Shown here piece by piece: positions 29,650 through 38,375 of a stretch of DNA of 59,807 nucleotides. The stretch covers positions 10,214 to 70,020 of the forward strand of contig CAYSKJ010000002.1 in NCBI GenBank assembly GCA_964431655.1, read 5' to 3'. The notes under the pieces were generated by a model, which saw only the letters and a list, made by a program, of their open reading frames with translations, was not told the origin of the DNA and made no database searches. The translations under genes were made by a program, and so were the position numbers. This DNA comes from an uncultured bacterium. GTDB lineage: Bacteria > CAYMEV01. The stretch's first letter is position 1. Each line of letters starts with the position of its first letter.

Positions 29650-29959
29650 AGCCCCTCCTGTTCAGGAACTGGATCCAAACAATATATATAATGGCGAATT
29701 CCGCAAGCCTAATAAAATGCATTAAAAATTACATTGCATTTTAGAAAAATTATACAGGCCTGAGCTTTTTTAATGCTGCAAAAACAAAAGAATCACAGAG
29801 CAAAACTTCCATATTTTATCATATCAAAGCTTTTCAGAAAAAGTCAATGGATGGTTAAAGGTTTTAGCCAAATTTTTATAAAGGGTTATTAAGACCTTTC
29901 CTATATTAAGATTCAGCTGAAATTAAATAACCATCAGGACTAATGTGATATTAGACTAA

Positions 29960-30094
29960 ATAGATGTTTACCGGATATTTAAGGAAAATTACCCTGACCA
30001 TTTTTCGGACGAATGCCACTTTGACTACAGAGGCAGTAAGGTAATGGCGGATATTCTGCATGATTATCTTGAAGGGTATATACTGCCGGATTAA
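29960..30094 (+). pseudogene. Possible relic of the C-terminal end of an SGNH/GDSL-type hydrolase gene
   Basis: A 44-codon open stretch bounded by TAA at 29957 and TAA at 30092. It reads IDVYRIFKENYPDHFSDECHFDYRGSKVMADILHDYLEGYILPD*. The D-x-x-H...G...MA pattern resembles SGNH block V. There is no upstream coding body and no start codon apart from an internal ATG at 30044. Confidence 0.25.
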
Positions 30095-30112
30095 TCCCGG
30101 CTGTACAGTCAA

Positions 30113-30148
30113 TGAGAAAAAAGGGTGCTGATCCTGATCGGCACCCTT
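30113..30148 (-). terminator. Rho-independent terminator closing the nqr-like operon
   Basis: The minus strand reads AAGGGTGC-CGATCAGGATCA-GCACCCTT followed by TTTTCTCA. That is a perfect 8-bp GC-rich stem followed by a T run, 25 nt after the stop of the 145-aa ORF. Confidence 0.75.
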
Positions 30149-30172
30149 GATATAAGGCGGAATTTTTTGTTA

Positions 30173-30610
30173 CTATTTTTCCCCTTTTACCCTTTTCAGT
30201 GTTGAGATGGCGGCAGCCTTGGAGTCCTTCCCGCTGTGCAGGTAGATATACTCTATGGTGTCCGGGTCTATTATGGTTCCTATGCTGTAACCGTCATCAT
30301 CGGAAAAGTAGATGGTTTTTTTGTCCCTGGACATTACCCCGACAAATTCTTCGGTATGATTCTCTGATATCTTTTTGCCGTGAAAAAGATGTCCCTGGGG
30401 TTTTTCAAAGATAAATTTTATCCCGAGCCCGGAAAAGTATTCCGTCTCCTGGGTGGTCTTGTTTCTGTGCTTGACATTTCCGCTTAAGACAGCTCCGCTC
30501 TCTGTTCCTTCCCATATCCCCTCAAGAGCGCACTCATCGGCAAAAAGAAAGCCGGTGCAGATAAATAAAAAGGCAAGAAATGCAATGACCTGGAAATTTT
30601 TCCTGAACAT
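30173..30610 (-). CDS. Small secreted protein of unknown function, last gene of the nqr-like operon
   Basis: Signal peptide MFRKNFQVIAFLAFLFICTGFLFA. The 145-aa body looks beta-rich. I recognise no motif. Confidence 0.6.
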   Translation of the reverse strand: MFRKNFQVIAFLAFLFICTGFLFADECALEGIWEGTESGAVLSGNVKHRNKTTQETEYFSGLGIKFIFEKPQGHLFHGKKISENHTEEFVGVMSRDKKTIYFSDDDGYSIGTIIDPDTIEYIYLHSGKDSKAAAISTLKRVKGEK

Positions 30611-30643
30611 TTGAAATCCTCCTTTATTTTTAAGATTTATAAT

Positions 30644-31135
30644 TCAAATTTCACTTTTATTTTCGGGTTTTTCTACCTCGAGTATGTCAATCAGGTCCCG
30701 GGGCTCGATACGGTACTGGCTCTGTTTTCCCTGATAGAACCCGTGATACATGATGAGGTGTATCTGAATATCGGAAAATACCAGCTCTCTGCCAAGCCTT
30801 TTATTCTTAACGGTGGTGATACTCTTGGGAAGTATCTTCCTGCACTCAAAGGGGCAGGGAAGCTTGCCCCTGAAGGTCTCCACGCTGACGCTGAAATAAG
30901 GGGATATGTCTATAAAGTCTCCCAGACCCTTTTCACCCGTATCCCTGAAATATTTCATTTTACCGGCTATGGCTGTATGGTCATAACCCAGTCTCTTTAC
31001 CTCAGAATCATCCTCTGTAAGGATATCCACCAGTTTCCTCCGGTCTTTGCCCAGAAAGCCGTCCCTGGTAATTTTGCCTGGTCCCAGCCTATTCTGTATC
31101 TCCTGCATTTTAACCGTCTGTTTCATAAAAACCAC
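30644..31135 (-). CDS. Hypothetical cytoplasmic protein co-transcribed with nqrF
   Basis: 163-aa ORF starting 8 nt after the nqrF stop; internal Met codons are alternative starts. It contains LPCPFEC. I recognise no family. The overlapping + strand ORF 30611-31147 is judged spurious. Confidence 0.6.
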   Translation of the reverse strand: MVFMKQTVKMQEIQNRLGPGKITRDGFLGKDRRKLVDILTEDDSEVKRLGYDHTAIAGKMKYFRDTGEKGLGDFIDISPYFSVSVETFRGKLPCPFECRKILPKSITTVKNKRLGRELVFSDIQIHLIMYHGFYQGKQSQYRIEPRDLIDILEVEKPENKSEI

Positions 31136-31143
31136 CTGTATTT

Positions 31144-32250
31144 TTAACTGAATTTATCATAGAATATCAGGTCTTTCTTTACGCCGCACCTGTTTGTAAG
31201 GACATCAACACAGGCATTTATCATGCCCGGGCTTCCGCAAAGGTAGGCCTCCGCATTCTCTCCGTTTTTTACATGCTTTTCCACACATTCGGTTATAAGG
31301 CCGGTCTCTCCCTCCCAGCTGTCCGATTCCTCCGGCTGGGAAAGGGATGGAATAAAGCGGAAGTCAGGAAGCTCTTTTTCCAGCCTCTGCATCTCCTCAA
31401 CCAGGAATAAATCCCTTTTGCTCCTTGCTCCGAAGAAATAGACAGCCTTCCTGTTTATCTTCTTTTCATTCATGTCAAGAAGTATGGATTTTATTGGGGC
31501 CATGCCCGAACCGCCGGCAATGCATACAATATCTCTTTGGCTGTCCCTCAGGAAGAAATCACCGTAGGGACCGTTAATCATTACTTTCTGACCCTCTTTA
31601 AGGTATTTGTGGACATAGGTGGTGCACAGCCCGTCGGGCACATACCTTATTTCAAGCTCCACGGCATCTTTCCTGGAGGGTGGGGAAGATATTGAGTAGG
31701 CCCGGTATACCGGTTCATCGGTCATTTCATAAAGAGGCACTTCAAACTGTATGAACTGCCCTGCCTTGAAGCTGATTCCCTCACTGTTCTCCAGCTTCAG
31801 GGTAACCTGCTTAATATCATGAGTAAGATCAACCAGGGACTCCACCGCTGTCTTATACTGCTTTATATTGAAGAGTTCACGCGGTATGGTTATATCAAAG
31901 GGTTTTTTCACCTTAACCTGGCATGAAAGCCTGATGTTTTTTTCCCTCTCCCGAGGGTCTATCCATGGAAGCTCTGTCGGGAGGTATTCGCCCGCACCGC
32001 TGTTTACCTGTATTTTGCACAGGCCGCAGGAACCTTTGCCCCCGCAGGCTGAAGGAATAAAAATCTGCTTTTCCTTCAGGCTGGATAAAAGGGGCTTACC
32101 GCCATCAACCACAATCTTTTTCTCACCGTTTATGGTTATTTCCTGCTGGCCGTAGTTGGCTATGGTCCTGTCGGCAATTACCATTATTAATGCAAGAAAG
32201 GTGGTAAGGGCGGTTATTATGATTACTGTGATCAGCAGTTCAGAAAGCAT
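31144..32250 (-). CDS. nqrF: NqrF-type NADH oxidoreductase subunit (TM anchor, 2Fe-2S ferredoxin, FAD/NAD-binding domain)
   Basis: N-terminal TM helix. CGGKGSCGLCK...LSCQV (2Fe-2S), RAYSISS (FAD), GGSGMAP (NAD). Confidence 0.88.
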   Translation of the reverse strand: MLSELLITVIIITALTTFLALIMVIADRTIANYGQQEITINGEKKIVVDGGKPLLSSLKEKQIFIPSACGGKGSCGLCKIQVNSGAGEYLPTELPWIDPREREKNIRLSCQVKVKKPFDITIPRELFNIKQYKTAVESLVDLTHDIKQVTLKLENSEGISFKAGQFIQFEVPLYEMTDEPVYRAYSISSPPSRKDAVELEIRYVPDGLCTTYVHKYLKEGQKVMINGPYGDFFLRDSQRDIVCIAGGSGMAPIKSILLDMNEKKINRKAVYFFGARSKRDLFLVEEMQRLEKELPDFRFIPSLSQPEESDSWEGETGLITECVEKHVKNGENAEAYLCGSPGMINACVDVLTNRCGVKKDLIFYDKFS

Positions 32251-32261
32251 AGAATCTCCTG

Positions 32262-32855
32262 TCAGTTAATATCAATCATTCCTGAAAATCCCATGAAGGC
32301 AAGAGCCATGATACCGGCTATTATCAGGGCAATGCCTGCTCCTTCCAGCCCCCTGGGTATCCTTGCCCTGCTTGTTTTCTGCCTTATCCCTGCCATTGCC
32401 AGTATGGCAAGAAACCAGCCTATGCCTGAACCAAAGCCATAGGCAAAGGAGGAGAGAAGGCTGTATTCCCTTATAACCATGAACAGGCTCACTCCGAGAA
32501 TAGCGCAGTTGACCGTTATCAGGGGCAGGAATATGCCCAGGGAAAGGTAAAGGGTATCCGACACCCTCTCAATTATCATTTCCACTATCTGCACGAAGGC
32601 CGCTATAATGACAATAAATACAATATAGCGCAGATATTCTATATTGAAGGGTACAAGTATGTAATAATAGGCAAGGTAGTTAAGCACGCTGGTCACAGCC
32701 ATTACAAAGGTAACTGCAAACCCGAGTCCCACAGAGGTCTTAACCTCGCGGGAGACGGAAAGGAAGGAGCACATGCCGAGATAATTGGTAAGCAGGATAT
32801 TATTGGTGAATATGGCTGCAAAGAATATGGCAAAAGAAAGCATACCCTCGCTCAT
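32262..32855 (-). CDS. nqrE: NqrE/RnfA-family membrane subunit
   Basis: 197 aa, polytopic. TNNILLTNYLGMCSFLSVS signature. Confidence 0.85.
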   Translation of the reverse strand: MSEGMLSFAIFFAAIFTNNILLTNYLGMCSFLSVSREVKTSVGLGFAVTFVMAVTSVLNYLAYYYILVPFNIEYLRYIVFIVIIAAFVQIVEMIIERVSDTLYLSLGIFLPLITVNCAILGVSLFMVIREYSLLSSFAYGFGSGIGWFLAILAMAGIRQKTSRARIPRGLEGAGIALIIAGIMALAFMGFSGMIDIN

Positions 32856-33460
32856 TTCTTATCCTCCTTTATAATCACTCCCTTTATAATCCAGATAAAT
32901 ACGGCCAGCATGAAGAAGGCTCCGGGAGCCATGACCATTATGGACCAGTTTGTCCACCAGTCCCCCATCACCCTGAAACCCAGCAGGGTACCGGAACCCA
33001 TAAGCTCCCTGAATACAGATATGGTCAGAAGGACATAGGAATAGCCCAGGCCCGAGGCAAGGCCGTCAAAGAGGGAAAGCCCGGGGGGGTTGTTCAGGGC
33101 GAAGGCCTCTGCCCTTCCCATGACAATGCAGTTGGTAATGATCAGGCCCACATAAGGGCCCAGCTCGGAGGATATCTCGGGGACATAGGCCTTGAAAATG
33201 ATATCAACAATGATTACATAGCATGATATGACAAGCACCTCGACCATCATCCTTATCCGCGAGGGGATGAGCTTTCTCAGCACTGATACAGTCAGGTTGG
33301 AAAGGGAAAGGGTAAAGATAAGGCCGAAGCACATTACAAGGGTGTTTTTTACCAGGTTGGTGACTGCAAGGGTGGAGCAAATGCCAAGTATCTGGTAAAA
33401 AACAGGGTTATCCCTTAGAAGGCCCTCATAAAATATTTTGTTAATTTTCCTTTTATTCAT
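32852..33460 (-). CDS. nqrD: NqrD/RnfE-family membrane subunit
   Basis: 202 aa. RDNPVFYQILGICSTLAVT signature. 4-nt overlap with the next gene. Confidence 0.85.
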   Translation of the reverse strand: MNKRKINKIFYEGLLRDNPVFYQILGICSTLAVTNLVKNTLVMCFGLIFTLSLSNLTVSVLRKLIPSRIRMMVEVLVISCYVIIVDIIFKAYVPEISSELGPYVGLIITNCIVMGRAEAFALNNPPGLSLFDGLASGLGYSYVLLTISVFRELMGSGTLLGFRVMGDWWTNWSIMVMAPGAFFMLAVFIWIIKGVIIKEDKK

Positions 33461-34079
33461 TATTCCGGGTTTTTCCTAATTTTTCCTTCAGTTCCCGGGA
33501 TGCGCTGTTTATCATGTTCTTTACCGCCCCGGTGGTAAAGGTGGCTCCCGTAACTGCTTCAAACTGACCTTTGCCGGCATCGGTGCCCTCAGGAACAAAA
33601 TCAAGGGGTATCTGTTTACCCTCAAACTGCCTTCTGAACCACTGCTCCGTAATCCTTGCCCCAAGCCCCGGTGTCTCATTCTGGGATACAAAATCTATGC
33701 CGAGCAGGGTCTCTGCATCGGTGCCAAAGCTTATAAAGGCATCAATACTGCCCCACAGGCCCCTGCCGCGGAAAAATGTCGCATACCCCTGAAGAACCCT
33801 GCTGTCTGATTCCCGGCTGTATATCTCATAATACAGTATATTACCTTCGCTGTCAGCTTTCTCGACAATGGCTTCCCGGTAGACCCGGTCTATATCCCGG
33901 CTGGTTTCAGGGATTTGGATACCTGCGGATGAAAAAAGTCTCTGTTTTTTTACGGCTGACTCGTTTACCCTTATGGTTTCCTTTGTTAAAAGATAAACTG
34001 AGCTTACCAGGGTTATGGAGATAACAGTTATTACCGCCATAAAGCCTATGATATATGCGCTGTTCTTATCCCTGTCCAT
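33453..34079 (-). CDS. nqrC: NqrC/RnfG-family FMN-binding subunit
   Basis: 208 aa (RnfG-sized). N-terminal TM helix. Covalent-FMN motif VTGATFTT. Confidence 0.82.
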   Translation of the reverse strand: MDRDKNSAYIIGFMAVITVISITLVSSVYLLTKETIRVNESAVKKQRLFSSAGIQIPETSRDIDRVYREAIVEKADSEGNILYYEIYSRESDSRVLQGYATFFRGRGLWGSIDAFISFGTDAETLLGIDFVSQNETPGLGARITEQWFRRQFEGKQIPLDFVPEGTDAGKGQFEAVTGATFTTGAVKNMINSASRELKEKLGKTRNNE

Positions 34080-35013
34080 TCTTCTTCTTCAATGATTTTA
34101 ATCCGTAATCAATTATGGGTATGAACATATTTGCAAAAAGGATGGCAAACATTATACCCTCCGGCCATGCTGAAAACACCCTTATAAGGGTGGTCAGCAG
34201 GCCTATAATAAGGCCGTAGATGAGCTTTCCCTCCTTCAGCGATGATGCGGATACGGGGTCCGTAGCCATGAAGAATATACCCAGCATAAACCCTCCGGAG
34301 AACAATGCATGTATACAGGGTATGGAACCTGCAATGCCGGCAAGGTTAAGAGCAAAATTCATCGCCAGCATTCCGAATATGCCTGATATAACTATCCTGT
34401 AGTCGGCTACCCTCCTGTATATCAGGAATACCCCCCCGAGCAGGAGGAGAAGGGCGCTGGTCTCACCGAGACAGCCGGAAATATTACCGGTAAAAACCCT
34501 GAGAAGGGAGACGGATTCGCCCTTTTCAAGCATTGCAAGTGGAGTAGCCTGGGTCAGTGCATCACTGCTGTACCGGATAAATCCCCCAAAACCATGGCTG
34601 AAGGGCTCAACCCACCTGTTGGTCAGGAAATTGCCGAAGGATACATATATAAAAGCCCTGCCGACCAGGGCAGGGTTAAATGCATTCTTCCCGAACCCCC
34701 CGAAGACCATCTTGCCGAAAACAACCCCTGCCGCTATGCCGACTGCGGCCATCCAGAAGGGTATGGTAGGGGGCAGGGTCATGACATATAAGAGGCATGT
34801 AACAAATACGGAGGAATGGACAGGCTCTCTGTATTGCCGGGCAAACATGTACTCGCTGATATAGCCTGCTGTTACCACCACAGCAAGAAGTGCAAGGCCC
34901 CTCAGGCCGAAAAAGTATATGCCTGAGATAAATGCAGGGACAAGGGAATAAAGGACAAGCTTCATAGGCCTGACCCATTTTATATTAAACAGTCTCAGGT
35001 AAAGCTCGCTCAT
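34066..35013 (-). CDS. nqrB: NqrB/RnfD-family membrane subunit
   Basis: 315 aa (RnfD-sized). GGFGKNAFNPALVGRAF, DALTQATPL (FMN-threonine region), FFMATDPVS. Confidence 0.82.
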   Translation of the reverse strand: MSELYLRLFNIKWVRPMKLVLYSLVPAFISGIYFFGLRGLALLAVVVTAGYISEYMFARQYREPVHSSVFVTCLLYVMTLPPTIPFWMAAVGIAAGVVFGKMVFGGFGKNAFNPALVGRAFIYVSFGNFLTNRWVEPFSHGFGGFIRYSSDALTQATPLAMLEKGESVSLLRVFTGNISGCLGETSALLLLLGGVFLIYRRVADYRIVISGIFGMLAMNFALNLAGIAGSIPCIHALFSGGFMLGIFFMATDPVSASSLKEGKLIYGLIIGLLTTLIRVFSAWPEGIMFAILFANMFIPIIDYGLKSLKKKNGQG

Positions 35014-35089
35014 AACAATAATTATAGATTCAAAGCCTTAAGGGTCAAGAATATAATGCCGGCTATTTTATTTGCCTTTTTCAGCATAA

Positions 35090-35815
35090 TTGTTAATATC
35101 CTTGAATATGGAAGAGAGACCGGTCGCAACATTCGGGATTCTTATGTACAATGAACAGGAATCCATAATGGACATGTATCAGGACCTTAAAAAAGCCCTG
35201 AAAAATTTCCCTTTCTCCTATGAAATCCTTTATATAGATAACGGCTCCGCCGACAGCTCTTCCGATACGGTAAAGAGTCTTATGAAGACTGATGAAAGCG
35301 TATCCCTTTTCCGGATAGAGAAAAACCAGGGTTACGGGAACGGCATAATAGAGGGCCTGAAGCAGGCCAGGGGCAGTTATATAGGGTACATATGGGGGGA
35401 TAACCAGGTTAAGGCCGATGATATAATCAGGGTTTATAAAACAGCAGTGGCAAACCCCGGGTCTCTCGCCAAGATCTGCAGGATAAAGAGAGAGGACGGT
35501 GGAATGAGGGTTTTCGGCTCATATATTTACAATAAACTCTACTCTTTTCTTTTCCGGCTGGAGACAAGGGATGCCAACGGCTGTCCGAAGGTGTTTGAAA
35601 AGAAGCTGTTTGACAGGATGAATCTGAGGAAAAAAGACTGGCTAATTGACCCGGAAATACTTTATAAGGCAAAGAAACAGAAAATCAGCATTATTGAAAT
35701 GCCCATAGTGTTCTACAAGAGGGAGAAGGGTAAGTCCTACGTTAATTTAGGCACCTTTGCATCCTTCTTTTTGAAGCTTTTAATATCATATATAAAAAGG
35801 GATTTTGACCATTGA
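35090..35815 (+). CDS. Family-2 glycosyltransferase (dolichyl/polyprenyl-phosphate sugar transferase-like)
   Basis: FGILMYNEQESI, YIDNGSADSS, IWGDNQ. The track start is TTG; an ATG at 35108 is an alternative. Confidence 0.8.
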   Translation: MLISLNMEERPVATFGILMYNEQESIMDMYQDLKKALKNFPFSYEILYIDNGSADSSSDTVKSLMKTDESVSLFRIEKNQGYGNGIIEGLKQARGSYIGYIWGDNQVKADDIIRVYKTAVANPGSLAKICRIKREDGGMRVFGSYIYNKLYSFLFRLETRDANGCPKVFEKKLFDRMNLRKKDWLIDPEILYKAKKQKISIIEMPIVFYKREKGKSYVNLGTFASFFLKLLISYIKRDFDH

Positions 35816-38358
35816 GCAAAGAATTCAAAAGCATAGAAGAAATATTTACGAAAAAAGCCCTGGATGTGATGGTCAGAAACATTCAGGACTGCGGGGAAAA
35901 AGAGGTTCTTTTTTTAGGCAATATTGATCCCGGCGGTATGGTTGACATAGTCATACCCTATGCCTGGGGTAATAAATACAGCGTTCCGGCCTTAAAGAAG
36001 ACCCTTCCGGATTTTGATATTGTCGTCCATAACCACCCATCGGGGAACCTGGAACCTTCGGAAGCCGACATAGCCATTGCCTCAGACCTTTCAGGCAGCT
36101 ACGGTACAGGATTCTACATCATTAACAATAATGCAACTGAGGTCTACACGGTTGTCAAGTTTCTGAAAAAGACGAGTATCAGCAGTATAGAACCCTCATC
36201 CATCATACCCTATTTCGAGAAGGACGGGTATTTAAGAGATCTCATTGACAATTTTGAATACCGGATCGAACAGAAACAGATGGTCATGGATATAATCAGG
36301 GCCTTTAATGACAGCAAGTTCGCATTAATAGAGGCTGGAACGGGTATAGGCAAGAGTTTTGCCTATCTGGTGCCCTCCATAATCTGGGCAAAGACCAACA
36401 AGGAGAGGGTGGTTATATCCACAAAGACTATCAATCTTCAGCAGCAGCTCATTCAGAGCGACCTCCCCAAGCTTATGAAAGACCCGAGGCTGAAAGCTGA
36501 ATACGCCCTGGCCCTGGGAAGGGGTAACTTTGTATGTCTAAGGAAGCTTACCTATATCACCCAGGAAGATAATATCATGTTTGATGCGGACTTTGATCTG
36601 AAATCCATGGAAAGCCTGTTAAGCTGGGCAAAAAAGACAAAGACCGGGCTAAAAAGCGATTATATGTCCCAGCTTGATAACAATATCTGGAACCTTGTCT
36701 CCTCCGATTATGAAAAATGCCACAAGATAAAATGCCCCTTTTACGAGGCATGCTTTTATTTTGAGCATAAAAGGAGGCTTTCTTCATGCGACCTGATAAT
36801 CGTTAATCACTATCTCCTGGCTTATGACATATTCTTGAAGAACAGCTTAATATCCTTTGACGAAAATGCCCTGCTTCCTCCTTTCAAGCACATAATAATG
36901 GATGAAGCCCACCATATCGAGGATATAATGAGCAAATGCTTCACCCTGGAGGCATCCAATACACAGATCTACCACCTTTTACGGGAACTTCACAACCCTG
37001 TGAAGAACAGGGGAATACTTCTCAAGATGATGGTAAGGCACAACCATCTGGATGTTCTTCGGCTTGAAAGTGAAATTCAGGACAGGCTCAGGGAAATAAG
37101 AGATAAGGTAATGGAAATTACAGGTTATATCCATGATACCTATATGAAGATAGAGATAGAATATGAAAGCCTGCTGAAAAATACCTCCTGTTTTTTTAAG
37201 GACAGCTATATGAGGAATGGAGAGATAAGGCACAGGATCGAGAATGAAGAATCGGATTATTACATGATTATTAAGGACAGCCTTCAGAATATATTTAATA
37301 TACTAAGCAGTCTCTACCTTGACCTGAAGACTGTATTCAAGGGATATGCCTGTTTACCCCAGCAGATACTGGACATAATGGACATGGATTTCATCATACT
37401 GAAAAGCATTTACAGAAAAATGACCTATCTGATCTCAGTTTTTGAATCCTTTTTCAGCATCGAGGATGACCGGGTTTACTGGATTGAATTTTCCCAGAAG
37501 TATAAAACCCCCGTCTACAGGATACTTAATGCACCGGTACTGGTGGGTGATTTTATGAATGATGCCCTTTACAGCAAACTAAGCAGTTTTGTTGCATCCT
37601 CAGCGACCCTTAATGTTGAGGATGAATTCAGATTCTTCGAGGAGAGGACCGGCCTGATTAATCTTCCTGAAGACCAGAAGATAAAAAGCGTGTATAAAAG
37701 CTCCTTCCTGACCAGCAAGCAGGCCCTTCTGCTTATACCCCAGGGGCTTAGCTCCCCTTCGGAGGAGATATTCTACCGGGAAGAGGTAATTACAGCCATA
37801 CACCGCTATATGAGTTACCTTGACGGTGGCGTGCTGATATTGTTCACATCAAGGCTTTTTCTGGAAGAAGCCTACGACAGGCTCAAGGACGTTATCCCCG
37901 CCACAGGCAAGATACCCATGAAGCAGGGTGACATGCCCAGGGACCGCCAGCTCATGGAGTTCAAATCCAGGGGTAACGGAGTCCTTTTTGCCCTGGATTC
38001 TTTCTGGGAGGGGATTGATGTACCCGGAAAAGCTCTTCAAAGTGTAATAATAACCCGCCTGCCGTTTAAGTCCCCATCCGACCCCATTGAGCAGGCTAGA
38101 TACCAGTATATTGAAAAACAGGGAAGAAACCCTTTTTATGAATATGCCCTCCCGAAGGCCATTCTTCTGCTCAAACAGGGCTTCGGACGTCTAATAAGGA
38201 ACAAAACTGACAGGGGAGTTGTCTTTATACTGGACAACAGGATAGTGCAGAAAAGGTACGGCAGGCGATTCCTCAAAGCCCTGCCCGAGTGCCCTGTCAT
38301 ACACGGGAGTTTCAGCGCGATTACCGACAGCCTCAATGAGCATTTCAGAAAAAAATAA
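35812..38358 (+). CDS. Fusion of a RadC-type JAB/JAMM domain to a DinG/XPD-family Fe-S DNA helicase
   Basis: Exact JAMM motif HNHPSGNLEPSEAD (HxHx7Sx2D, 36028-36069). Walker A AGTGIGKSFAYL, DEAH box MDEAHHIED. Four Cys between them (NFVCLRK, YEKCHKIKCPFYEACFY) match the DinG/XPD 4Fe-4S insert. C-terminal helicase motifs SATL, FWEGIDV, QGFGRLIR. TTG start overlaps the GT2 stop. Confidence 0.85.
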   Translation: MSKEFKSIEEIFTKKALDVMVRNIQDCGEKEVLFLGNIDPGGMVDIVIPYAWGNKYSVPALKKTLPDFDIVVHNHPSGNLEPSEADIAIASDLSGSYGTGFYIINNNATEVYTVVKFLKKTSISSIEPSSIIPYFEKDGYLRDLIDNFEYRIEQKQMVMDIIRAFNDSKFALIEAGTGIGKSFAYLVPSIIWAKTNKERVVISTKTINLQQQLIQSDLPKLMKDPRLKAEYALALGRGNFVCLRKLTYITQEDNIMFDADFDLKSMESLLSWAKKTKTGLKSDYMSQLDNNIWNLVSSDYEKCHKIKCPFYEACFYFEHKRRLSSCDLIIVNHYLLAYDIFLKNSLISFDENALLPPFKHIIMDEAHHIEDIMSKCFTLEASNTQIYHLLRELHNPVKNRGILLKMMVRHNHLDVLRLESEIQDRLREIRDKVMEITGYIHDTYMKIEIEYESLLKNTSCFFKDSYMRNGEIRHRIENEESDYYMIIKDSLQNIFNILSSLYLDLKTVFKGYACLPQQILDIMDMDFIILKSIYRKMTYLISVFESFFSIEDDRVYWIEFSQKYKTPVYRILNAPVLVGDFMNDALYSKLSSFVASSATLNVEDEFRFFEERTGLINLPEDQKIKSVYKSSFLTSKQALLLIPQGLSSPSEEIFYREEVITAIHRYMSYLDGGVLILFTSRLFLEEAYDRLKDVIPATGKIPMKQGDMPRDRQLMEFKSRGNGVLFALDSFWEGIDVPGKALQSVIITRLPFKSPSDPIEQARYQYIEKQGRNPFYEYALPKAILLLKQGFGRLIRNKTDRGVVFILDNRIVQKRYGRRFLKALPECPVIHGSFSAITDSLNEHFRKK

Positions 38359-38375
38359 AAATAAGGAGTTCAAAA

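Noticed and set aside
19839-30172. The cyclase block as a bona fide mobile genomic island
   Set aside because: No integrase, transposase, tRNA target or flanking direct repeats are visible. Only soft evidence exists (large gaps, one gene relic, hairpin repeats, and AT-richness judged by eye). It is reported as a hypothesis inside the findings, not as a mobile_element feature.
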